Positions 46,729-56,208 of a stretch of DNA of 64,000 bases are shown here, piece by piece. Position numbers and translations under genes: made by a program. The stretch spans positions 186,001-250,000 of IMG/VR virus record IMGVR_UViG_3300005537_000001. One strand, given 5' to 3'. Every line of letters starts with the position of its first letter. The stretch's first letter is position 1. The notes beneath the pieces are model-generated. The model saw only the letters and a program-made list of their open reading frames with translations, was not told the DNA's origin and searched no databases.

Positions 46729-49114
46729 TTAACGCTACAGTCCTATTCGCTATCTTCTTCATCGCCATACCGGCCGTGGCCATCTTCGCCTCGAAGCGCG
46801 CTACCCGAAGGCGCGAGCGCGAAGAAGACGAAAGGCTCCGCGCCGAGAGAGCTCACGGCATTCTTGACGAGCTCGCGGTTGATTTCAACCCAGAGCTGGC
46901 CTTCAAGAGGGTGGCTGACCGTAGAGGTCTAACGGTAGAGCAGCTTCAGGAAGAGCTTCACGCCAGGGCTCAGTACGCGTCAGATCATCCCAACGAGTGC
47001 GTCTTCTGCAAGGTAACATCAGATCCCGTCCACTCGTTCGAATCATGTCCAGAGCTGAGGAGGCAACGTGACAACCGAGTTCAATGAGGAGTGGTGCCTG
47101 ACGATGGCGCGCCTTGAGGACAACGACAGCTGGAACCGAGCAGAAGCTATCAAGCGGGTTGCCGCCAAACACAACATTTCAGTCGAGGAGCTTGAAGCCG
47201 ACATCCGCCCGCGCCTGGCGTACACGACCGAGCGCGCCTACCTGGAGCTGCTCGATGGACCTGACGACACCTACCCACCCTGGAATCCCAACCTGCCAGC
47301 CAACCGCCAGGGACCCTTCGCGCTTCCTAAGAAGGAAGGCAGAGACTATATTTTTGGTGACTCACTCGCCGCGGTAAACCTGTCGAAGATGATCTACGAG
47401 AACCATCCCGAACAGTTCCGCCGGGTCGCCAGGGTGATGAACAACATCAACGCGCTGATCAAGAAGGGAGCCGCGGTTGAAGACGGCGGGCTCAGGTCAT
47501 GGCTGTACAAGGCGATCAGGAAGCACATCGCTGAATCCTTCGAGACCGTGGAGGTCAAGGCGGTCGCAACCCACGCGCGCAACGTGCTGATCAGCAACCT
47601 CCGCTCAGCCTTCAACCGGACGACAGCATGACCGGTCCACCCAGCTACAGTGATCCTGACGACCGCTTTGGACGGACCTGTCGGTGTGGCAACGCGCTGT
47701 ACCTGGAGATCGGCATCATTGAAAACCGCAACGGCATCCCGCACCTGAACAAGCAAAAGCATCCCTGCTTTCCCGGCAGCATCGAGATCGTTGAGTGCGC
47801 GGCCAAGTGCGGCTATTTTGCTCCAAGATACCGGAGGTACGATACGTGAAGCTTCTCTACAACCTGGTGATCTGCTTTCTAACGGCGGCCGCCATCTTCA
47901 TAACCTACAAGCTGGTAACTACATGATCCACAATCACGCGCAGCAGTTCCACCTCGGTCCAGCCGCGGTCATACTGCTCGTCATCGCGGCAGCCTTTCTA
48001 ATCCTACTGATCAAGGGATTTACGGACGATGAGTAGCGTACAGCGATCCGCCCCCAACCACCGTTCCCGCGGTCCGAATAGCTCAACTACCAACAACCTC
48101 TGGCACCGCCTGCACAAGAGGATAGCCGACAGGATGAGCAAGCAGCTGGAGAAGCTAAAATGAACAACGACTGGAACGACATCAAGTGGAACTGGTACCA
48201 CAAGCCACGAATGACCTTCGAGCGCTGGTGCAAGACAGATTCAACCTATGACCTGATAATATCAATCGCGACGGCGGTGCTGCTATTCGGCGCGATCATC
48301 GCAGGTCACTACCTGACGGCTGGTACCATAATCAGCTGCACCGCGGCTCTCGCCGGCATAACCTGTTACTTCAGGAGACATTACTGATGAGCTGGTACTA
48401 CTGTCCTGATGTGAACCGCAGCGTCTACGGGTGCTGCGCCTCGTGCAACTGCTCAAGAGGTAACGGTACCGCACCAGCTCCGCGAAAGAACCAGCGCCGC
48501 CCTACTACAAACATACCTACCTGCGGTACCGTTTATGCTAAAAGCAGTTCGACCGGCACCAACTGTCTAAAATTACCAGATCATCCAGGACCATGTGGAC
48601 CAACTCCACCGAGCTCAGGCATACCATTTAGAAGCGAAAGCGGCGACCTGTACCTGGTACCCGACCAACAGCAGATACTCGACTACAAGGCGGCGATCGA
48701 ACGCGGTGACGAACCGGCGATGCTACGCTTTGAAGAAGGTTGGACTGGTTGGGAAGCAATAACAGATGACTCAACGCCATGGTAACTAAAGAGCTAACCG
48801 AGGAAGAGATACGGCGGCAGATACAAGCTAAGGCTGTGGCAAGGCTGCTCAGCCCATATCAGGTTGAGCAGCTGGAGATAGTTCGCCGAATAGCTGAGCG
48901 AGGACTGATGGTAGCCCAGAAAGAAGGCAGCGGCCACTTCTGCGATCTGTTCACGCACCTGCTTGACAACCTGGTGCTGCTGCGCAAGGGAGATGCCTAT
49001 ACCGACGGCACACCATGGGCACTACCTGCTGTCGACCTGCAAACTAAGGAACCACCGTCCATTGCGGTTGGTTCCGCTACGCCCTTGTTGTGGGGTTCAG
49101 GACGCCTCCCTTGA
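46725..49114 (+). other. run of small hypothetical CDS (46725-47087, 47068-47631, 47628-47849, 47846-48036, 48160-48387, 48387-48785, 48779-49114)
   Basis: Coupled plus-strand ORFs; several have a TM segment or Cys pairs. Confidence 0.55.
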
Positions 49115-49128
49115 CCGGATTAATTGAC

Positions 49129-49644
49129 ATGGGTTATTCCGGGTTGCGGAAGATCATATCCGGCGGTCAAGTCGGTGTAGACCGGGGTGCCCTCGCTGCC
49201 GCCTTAGCTTTCGGTGTAGCAACGGGCGGCTGCGCGCCTCGTGGATGGCGAACGGTAACTGGCAGCGCACCAGAATTAGGTAGTTTGTATGGCTTGATAG
49301 AGCACGTTAGCCCAGAGTATCCCCCTCGAACCGAGGCGAACGTTCTCGCGGGCGACGGTACGCTGGTGATAGCTTCAGATCGCAACAGCGCGGGAACGGC
49401 GCTGACGATTCGCTACTGCTTGAAGCACTCGAAGCCGTACCAGCTGGTAGAGCCGCGGCGAACCGAAAGCTGGATAGCTCCGGTAAAGGAGCTCGCCGAG
49501 TGGATTATAAACCGGGAGATTGAAGTACTTAATGTAGCTGGTAACCACCGTGATGGAGCGTACCACGCGGACGTGACGATGGTGATCGTTAACCAGCTGT
49601 TCGTGGAGCTAGAGAAGCGTGATAGATTGGTTAAGAAGGATTAG
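49129..49644 (+). CDS. SLOG-superfamily protein (MoCo-carrier/DprA-like)
   Basis: IISGGQVGVDRGAL...TGG.AP.G...Y..RT..NV...DGTL...GT.LT...LNVAG. Confidence 0.8.
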   Translation: MGYSGLRKIISGGQVGVDRGALAAALAFGVATGGCAPRGWRTVTGSAPELGSLYGLIEHVSPEYPPRTEANVLAGDGTLVIASDRNSAGTALTIRYCLKHSKPYQLVEPRRTESWIAPVKELAEWIINREIEVLNVAGNHRDGAYHADVTMVIVNQLFVELEKRDRLVKKD

Positions 49645-49730
49645 AGATAAGCTGACGTGGGAGCCGGGCAGGGACTACGATCGCTACCTCGCGCGAAGGT
49701 CGCTGGTAAGCGGAGATGAACCGGGATGCG

Positions 49731-50045
49731 TTACTTGCGAAACAGTCCAGCGCGGTACGTTTCGGTCCGCTCTTCGGCGAGCCTTAAGGCTGCCTCCTCC
49801 AACACCGTAACGATCGGGTTGTAGTCGACCTTGTCGGTGTCTGGTACCGGCAGCGAGCTGGTACCAACCGAGGTGATGCCGTCCAGCAGCGAGTCGTTAG
49901 CGCAGCACGGTTCGGCGCAGTCAGCTTCCCACTCGATGCAGCGGCCGACCGTTACGTTGTCACCGTACCAGCTGGTCGGTAGCTCGACGCGTCCGTGCAG
50001 GTTGATGGTGAACAGGCGGTCGAACTCGGTTGGATGTCGGGTCAT
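49731..50045 (-). CDS. hypothetical protein
   Basis: First ORF of the minus-strand block. Confidence 0.5.
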   Translation of the reverse strand: MTRHPTEFDRLFTINLHGRVELPTSWYGDNVTVGRCIEWEADCAEPCCANDSLLDGITSVGTSSLPVPDTDKVDYNPIVTVLEEAALRLAEERTETYRAGLFRK

Positions 50046-50291
50046 GGTAGCAGCTCCACTATCTTCTTGGTTAGCGAATCGATCTCAGCTTGAGCAACCT
50101 GAGTATTATCCTTTACCCACTTATCTATCCTGGCGCGCAGGGCGGTCTGCTGCTCATCGCGCTTCTCACGCAGCGTTTCGATCGTATCTTCCTTCATAGG
50201 ACCACTATGTGGTGAGGTCTAGTGCAGACGTGCGTTAGACCAAAGTGGATGAGACCCTTGCAGGTGGGGCAGCGGACTTCTACGTACTGGC

Positions 50292-50516
50292 TCATTTAAC
50301 TATCCTCAGCTTCTTCTTGAACTTTGAAACGGATGGGCGGTGCTTCTTCGCGGCAGGTCTAACTGACGGTGGCTCGGTAGCCACGCCATCTCGCAGGATG
50401 AAGTCATGGTCCTTTATCTCGAGGGTAAGGGAGGTACCCTTGCCAAGCACCAGCTTGAAGTCGTTGACTGAGCTTATCTGCAGCTCACCTTCTACCGCGG
50501 TAAGGGTTACCTTCAT
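50292..50516 (-). CDS. hypothetical protein with a basic tail
   Basis: MKVTLTAVEGELQI...KKKLRIVK. Confidence 0.55.
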   Translation of the reverse strand: MKVTLTAVEGELQISSVNDFKLVLGKGTSLTLEIKDHDFILRDGVATEPPSVRPAAKKHRPSVSKFKKKLRIVK

Positions 50517-50599
50517 GCGCTGCTCACTTAAGATACCCCAGGTTGAAAGCCAACCCGCGCGAGAGCGTCTTGCACTGTGGTACCTTCGGTCTCCCACTG

Positions 50600-50740
50600 T
50601 GTAGTCGGACGCTGTGCGTCACGACACACTTCGCGGTACGCAGAAGCTGAGATGTGAAGGAGGGTGTAGGTGTCTGTCATGCTCGTATTTATCTAGAAGG
50701 GGTTCAGCAACTGTAGTCGGACGCTGTGCGTCACGACACA
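50600..50740. repeat. two identical 29-bp palindromic direct repeats (50600-50628 and 50712-50740)
   Basis: TGTAGTCGGACGCTGTGCGTCACGACACA x2 with an 83-nt spacer. Confidence 0.9.
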
Positions 50741-50764
50741 GCTTAGTAACGGCGCCTGCGCAAA

Positions 50765-50847
50765 CCCCTTATGAGGTAACCAGGTGTGTAGATATCCCCT
50801 TATGAGGATAGATAAGCCTCTGGAATCCCCTTATAGTGATATATCAC
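50765..50847. repeat. three CCCCTTAT(G)AG boxes at 31-bp period plus a 12-bp palindrome
   Basis: Boxes start at 50765, 50796 and 50827; GTGATATATCAC at 50836-50847. Confidence 0.8.
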
Positions 50848-50990
50848 CTCTGGGGAAAGACCTCTGGCGCTACGGGGGACCCAGGTATTTTTCGCGCGCA
50901 GATTCAGGAGCGGCAGGAATAAATTGCCGATCGCGACACCTGCTCCGGGATGACCCGGATTTTTCTGGTGCGTTAGATCCAAGTCACCTA

Positions 50991-51239
50991 CTACAGTCCG
51001 ATCACCAGAGCTTTGGGCAGCTCCCGCATGTTCGCGTACTCTTCATCGTCCATGCAGCAGTCCTTCGCGCTCCACTCGGTGAAGTATGGCGTGATGTCTC
51101 GGCCGTCCATGTCGAAATTAGCTTCAGCCATTGCCTCAGATAGAAAGTGGTAATGATTACCCTCTTCGTCGGAAGATATCAGGACTACAGCCTCAGGATC
51201 ATGGCTCTCGAGAATTTTTATCAGTTCGCGTACGTTCAT
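50991..51239 (-). CDS. acidic hypothetical protein
   Basis: AAGGAGG RBS. Confidence 0.75.
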   Translation of the reverse strand: MNVRELIKILESHDPEAVVLISSDEEGNHYHFLSEAMAEANFDMDGRDITPYFTEWSAKDCCMDDEEYANMRELPKALVIGL

Positions 51240-51340
51240 GACATCTCCTCCTTACTTGTGGATTTCCTTAAGGGAACTGGACGTACAACCTGGACGTGAC
51301 ACCTTCTCCCGGCGGTCCCGGGAATTTTGGCGCGGTTGGA

Positions 51341-51881
51341 TCAGAGCGTCCAGTGAACCTTTTCATCTTCTACTACGTGCTCGATGCCAGCTAGGGTGAA
51401 CACGCTAGCCATATCCTGGGATAGGTAGCAACCTTGATCGGTGCCGGTCAGCGCCCACAGCAGTCCGCGGAGCATACCATCCAGATGATCGGCGCTGCCT
51501 CCACCGCTCTCAAAGGTCTGCGCCGCCTTGATGATCGCTTTCTGCAGCTCCAGCTTTCTTAGCATCGAGTTATCTCCACAGCTTTTTCTTGACGGCTAGC
51601 TCATGGTGCCTCGCTGCACTTTCACCGCACGGCATCCTGCCGCTGGCTAATCCCTGTCCTCCTGAGTACCTCGCGCTCGGCAGCTGCATCCGCCGCTTCC
51701 CGTAAACGACGTCGGTTGGTACGTGTGGACCGCTGCAGTACGGCGGAAATGGGCCGACGGCGCGGATGAACCACCTGCAGTCCTTGCAGAGCTTCACTTC
51801 GTTCCAGCTCCGTTTAGCAGGTATTGTTCCAGCTGGGCGGCGCGTTGGATCAGTTCCTCGGTGGCTGGATTGTATCTCCAC
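51341..51881 (-). other. two hypothetical CDS (51341-51565, and 51570 to about 51800 with CxxC motifs)
   Basis: Minus-strand ORFs. Confidence 0.55.
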
Positions 51882-51953
51882 GGCGCTTTGATCGCGGCTA
51901 CCAGCGCGAACGCTCGTACTGAAACTGGTGAGGAAGTTTGTGGATAGTGAATG

Positions 51954-52382
51954 TTAAAGTCCTGCATTTAATTTCCCTCGGTCGTTGAGTAAGCTTCTCG
52001 CGATGATCTCCAGCTCATGATTGACGAAGCTGACAGCGTAAGCCGCGCCGATGATTCGAAGCACCAGCTCCTGTTCATCATCTGCAATCGCCTTCTTTAG
52101 CCCCTTTAGGATCCATGGAACCAGGTCGACGAGTGGAGTTATCGCTAACCAGGGTACGTCTTGACCGTACTGGTTCAGGTGCCACCCCACCGTTGAATAA
52201 TATCCACTGCGTCCTACAACGCCACCTTGGGATATGTCTATCAGCTCGCTAAGTGCGATTGTAGATAGCTGAGTTTCCAGCTTTCTGATTTCAAACAACA
52301 GCTCTAACTTTCCCAGCTTGAACGGGTTGTCGAACGGGTTAATCGTTTGACGCGACCTGGTGGCGATAAGGTATTGGTTCAT
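51954..52382 (-). CDS. hypothetical protein, paralog of 52469
   Basis: TPLVDLVPWILKGL...NHELEIIARSL; promoter TGTACT-N17-TAAAAT at 52391-52419. Confidence 0.7.
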   Translation of the reverse strand: MNQYLIATRSRQTINPFDNPFKLGKLELLFEIRKLETQLSTIALSELIDISQGGVVGRSGYYSTVGWHLNQYGQDVPWLAITPLVDLVPWILKGLKKAIADDEQELVLRIIGAAYAVSFVNHELEIIARSLLNDRGKLNAGL

Positions 52383-52468
52383 CTGCGCCTATTTTAACCC
52401 ATCTGGAAACGTAAGTACAACCTGGACCTGACACCTTCTCCGGATGCTCCCCGGATTTTTGGGGCTGG

Positions 52469-52885
52469 TCAAAAGGCGCGCGGGAACGTAAAAGCGCGCC
52501 GCGCGAATTCCGCGCGTCTGTCTTCAACTACCTCGGACCTCAGGCTGTTCTCGATGATGTCAAGCTCCTGATCCTGGTGACCGCTCTCCTTAACGATCTC
52601 GATTATCAGCAGGATCTCGGCCGCGAGACCGGTAGCGACGGCGTCCCGGAGCCCAGCGAGCAGCCACGGTACCAGCTGGGACAGCGGCGTTAGCTGGACC
52701 GGATGCTGCGTGATCCCAACCTTCTTTATCCCTAGAAATTCCTTCAGCGTCTGCGGCGGTTGAAGCGCGTACTCGAGAGAGCGCAGCGTCTGCCAGTCCA
52801 TGACGAGATAATCGGTCGTCGGTCTGTCGACCAGCTCGGCCTGCCAGCCGTGAGCCAACCCAATCAGGAAGTCTGTTTCACTCAT
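52469..52885 (-). CDS. hypothetical protein, paralog of 51954
   Basis: TPLSQLVPWLLAGL...GHQDQELDIIENSL. Confidence 0.7.
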   Translation of the reverse strand: MSETDFLIGLAHGWQAELVDRPTTDYLVMDWQTLRSLEYALQPPQTLKEFLGIKKVGITQHPVQLTPLSQLVPWLLAGLRDAVATGLAAEILLIIEIVKESGHQDQELDIIENSLRSEVVEDRRAEFARRAFTFPRAF

Positions 52886-52927
52886 GCGCTAATTGTAACA
52901 CCAGGCGAGCTGGTAGTAAATAGACGC

Positions 52928-53638
52928 ATGCTGATACAAGATCTACAATCAATTCTAACCGAAGCTCAGGCTCGGCTGTACGCCGGCTGGGTTGGAGCTC
53001 GATCCCACAACTCTTCGGCTATTCACATTTTTATTCCAGATCATAATCATCCGGGTAATAGCCCTAGCAGCCCAATATATGTTTATCCAGGCTTACCATT
53101 TTCAGCTAGTAACGGTGCTCCAGGTACAACAGCTCCAGCTGGAACGAAGGTGTCAATCGGTGGTAAAACAAGCATCAAGGAATTTATCAATTCTGACTAT
53201 GGGATTCGGATGTACGGTCCGTTCATCAAGTTGATTAAATCCCAAAAGATTACAGATCAACAGCTACTTGATTTTGGCGCCAACATCTTAGCGCAAGTTA
53301 TCGCGAGCGGCGCCGACGAGGATAAATATTTTTCGTTTAAAGCCAAGCTACCGACCCAAGATGATATCATTCGGGGAATTCTCAAGATTTACAAGGATGA
53401 GCCCAAGGAGGTTAAGAGATTTATCTCCAACGCCAAGAAGCTTGGGTACAAGATTCCAGACGACGTGCTTGGAGCGATCTCAAAGTCGATCACCCACACT
53501 CGCAAGACTGAGGAGGCGGCGCGTCATGATAGCGCCGTCGCGGCGGCAAAGTCAGCTTTAGATAGAGCGCACCAGCGCCACGAGGATGCGGTTGCACGGC
53601 GTAACGCCTTCTTGAAGAAACACGGATTAGAAAGCTAA
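52928..53638 (+). CDS. late hypothetical protein with shared helical module
   Basis: TAAATA at 52917-52922, 5 nt before the ATG; MLIQDLQSILTEA; KLGYKIPDDVLGAISKS. Confidence 0.75.
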   Translation: MLIQDLQSILTEAQARLYAGWVGARSHNSSAIHIFIPDHNHPGNSPSSPIYVYPGLPFSASNGAPGTTAPAGTKVSIGGKTSIKEFINSDYGIRMYGPFIKLIKSQKITDQQLLDFGANILAQVIASGADEDKYFSFKAKLPTQDDIIRGILKIYKDEPKEVKRFISNAKKLGYKIPDDVLGAISKSITHTRKTEEAARHDSAVAAAKSALDRAHQRHEDAVARRNAFLKKHGLES

Positions 53639-55239
53639 GGTTTCTTTTTCTTCCGAGCCGCGGCGCGCTCAACTCCGCCGGCGTAGACTTCCTGAGCTCG
53701 CGCGCGGCTGTCGAACGGCCCGTACATGTACCACTCGACTACGATGTACCACTTTGCCCAAATCCTGAACGGCTTAACGTTCATCGGTTTTTCTCCGGCG
53801 CTCGGCGGCTCTCCGAAGTTCAGTCTGATAACCAGCTTCAGCCGCTCCCTTGTTAGTCCACGGTCCGTACTGCACACCGTTAACTATGACCCACCAGCCA
53901 GTTCGAAGCGCGAAGGGACCGTGGTTGTTCGCAACCTCTCTCAGCTTCTTTAGGCGATCATACTCATCCTGGCTGATGTGCTCGATGCTGTCCTTCGGCT
54001 TCAGGCAGATGTGACAGCGGCTTTTATCCCGCGCCGTCGCCAAGAAGACGTGGCGGAGGTCCTCGTCTGGCCATGCATCCTTTTCCATGGCTAAATTCCA
54101 ATCAGCTCTAGTTCGACAATTTCGGCGCGATCGTCGAACCACATCTTTTGCGGCGAGGCGAGGTGTTCTTCTGCCGCCTCAAGCGTGACGTAGGCGGCTC
54201 TCGCGCTGATGTTTCCGATAGACTTATTTTCTCCGACGATAACGAAAATCTTCATCGCGTTTCTCCTTAGTTAGACCATCAACCCGTACTGGTGTAGAAA
54301 GAAGGCTCCGTCTGGTTCTTCATTGATCATCTCCATCACCTCGGCAGCGAGCTGGCGCTGGTGTGGCTCCAGCTTCCACCAGAGCACCGCCAGCTGGCGC
54401 AGGTACTTCTGCCTGGTCCGCTGGGTCTTGGCGGCCCGGGCCAGTCGAAAGCAAGTCATGAAGGCAGGGAGGTACGTCATGGCGGGTCACTCGTCGGTTA
54501 CCTCGTCGCACGCCTGCGCGATCGTGTTCAGCCAGCTGCTAACCGCGTCGAGCGCGATTCCTCCCTCCTGAACCGGATGATCCGCCATCCCCTGCAGGAA
54601 CAAGCTGATCATGTAGCCAACGTCCTTGGGACTGACGTCGATGCCGAGCGCGTTTGCCGCGGCGGTTACGTCATCGACGAGTGAGGCGATAGTTTTGATT
54701 TCTCGCGTCATAGCAGCATCATCCTGTAGCCGTGGCTACGTCTTCAACCTCGTCAACGATGTCGGCGACAAGCAGCAACCACGTCGTAACGTAGTTGATT
54801 TCAGGTCCGTCGCTCTCATCATCTGGTCCATCGGCAACTCCCTGCAGGAACAAGCTGATGATGAACGCCGCCTCTCGTGGGCTGATAATTACGCCAACCT
54901 GGGTTGAGGCTAGAGCCGCGTTGTGAACAAGCGCTTCAATCTTGTGCATGGCGTTCACCCGGTGTTGTTCGATACCCACATCCGGGCGATCAGCAGATCA
55001 AGCTGGTGCAGGTCGCTGTCGAGTGACGCAAGCTCAGCTTGAGCGCTTCCATGGCAGCTGCCACCCTTGTGGATCTTGGTGATGTCGCCGACAACTCGAT
55101 CGCGCTCGATTCGCGCGTGGCGCAGCAGGCAGAGCAGCTCAACTCGGTTGTCGATGACGAACGGTGTTTGAAGCTTCAGCCCGATGATCCGGCTGCCTGC
55201 CGTCATCGTTGAAGTTGTATTGATCGGCGGGATTGACAT
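53635..55239 (-). other. run of small early-type CDS (53635-53784, 53774-54088, 54271-54480, 54487-54711, 54719-54958, 54955-55239)
   Basis: Coupled minus-strand ORFs including two paralog pairs. Confidence 0.6.
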
Positions 55240-55261
55240 GACACATTCTCCCTTTGGGCTC

Positions 55262-55285
55262 GGGCAGAGTGTCAGTCCTCTGCCC
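55262..55285 (-). terminator. stem-loop after the histone-like gene
   Basis: GGGCAGAG-N8-CTCTGCCC with no clear U-tract. Confidence 0.45.
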
Positions 55286-55298
55286 TACCCAGGCACCA

Positions 55299-55697
55299 TC
55301 ACAGCGCCGGCTTGATGGCCTCCGCGATGTCGCGTGGGGTGGTATCCTTTCGGTTGGGTACCTGGACTCCCTTGGCCTTCGCCAGCGATAGGAGTTTCGG
55401 TAGGTTGGCTGGCCGTACAGCCACACCCTTGCCCTCGGCTACCGACTTGAGGAATACCGCTCCGTAGCGGAATCCGCGGGGCCCGGCGCGGTGGACCGAC
55501 TTCTTGACCGTCTTGATCCGCTTCGTTACCGCTTCGGCGGTATCCTGATCGACTCGAATTCCCGACGGTCGATTTTGGATGAAGGAGGTCAGCTTCGACA
55601 CCGACTGAATCTTGTGCTGCCGGATCAAGGCTCGAGCCTCGTCCGCGTCCTTAAGACCAAGTTCAGCCGCCTTTTCGATCAGTGCATTCATCTTCAT
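55299..55697 (-). CDS. basic putative DNA-binding protein, paralog of 18309
   Basis: AGPRGFRYGAVFLKSVAEGKGVAVRPANL matches the 18309 protein; AAAGGAG RBS. Confidence 0.75.
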   Translation of the reverse strand: MKMNALIEKAAELGLKDADEARALIRQHKIQSVSKLTSFIQNRPSGIRVDQDTAEAVTKRIKTVKKSVHRAGPRGFRYGAVFLKSVAEGKGVAVRPANLPKLLSLAKAKGVQVPNRKDTTPRDIAEAIKPAL

Positions 55698-55875
55698 GGT
55701 CGTCTCCTTTGCTGTGTTGCGTTATGTTCCTGATGGAGCTATTCCATCAGGTAGGGATATCATACAACCTGTCATCAATCAGTTATATAGTCCTTTAGGC
55801 CAGGTTCATGTAGTCCCAGGACTACAAGGTTTACAAATTATGTTAAATGAAGATCTTCCTATTATGTTAAATCGG

Positions 55876-56208
55876 TTAGTCACCGCCGGCAAGCGACTGC
55901 AGGGCGAGCAGCGTCAGCAGGTGGGCCCGGTCAAGTCGTCTAATCTTTCCAGCTTTGAGATCATCGTGCATCGCGTCCCGCGCCTTCCGAAGAAATATAA
56001 TCGCGTCGTGCAGCGGAGTGTTTCCACTTCGCCTCCCCTTGTCCAGCTTCTGCTTCTCAAGCCCGAGCTGCTGCCGCCACTTGTAGAGGGCGGAGTTCGG
56101 AATTTTAAGATTGTCAGCGATTACCTGTGGGCTCTCCTTCTTCATCCGCGCGACCGCCAACCGCTTGAACTTTTCGGTGTACGTCTTTCGCTTCTTCATT
56201 TTCTTCAT
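55876..56208 (-). CDS. helix-turn-helix protein resembling IS3 OrfA (HTH_Tnp_1)
   Basis: RKTYTEKFKRLAV...QVIADNLKI..SALYKWRQQ. Confidence 0.7.
   Translation of the reverse strand: MKKMKKRKTYTEKFKRLAVARMKKESPQVIADNLKIPNSALYKWRQQLGLEKQKLDKGRRSGNTPLHDAIIFLRKARDAMHDDLKAGKIRRLDRAHLLTLLALQSLAGGD

Noticed and set aside
50600-50740. CRISPR array
   Set aside because: Only two repeats, an 83-nt spacer and no cas genes in the window; kept as an unexplained repeat.
52760-52927. Long N-terminal extension of the 52928 gene
   Set aside because: It overlaps the minus-strand gene 52469-52885; the late promoter defines ATG 52928.
55876-56208. IS3 insertion sequence
   Set aside because: No DDE OrfB, terminal inverted repeats or target duplication seen.
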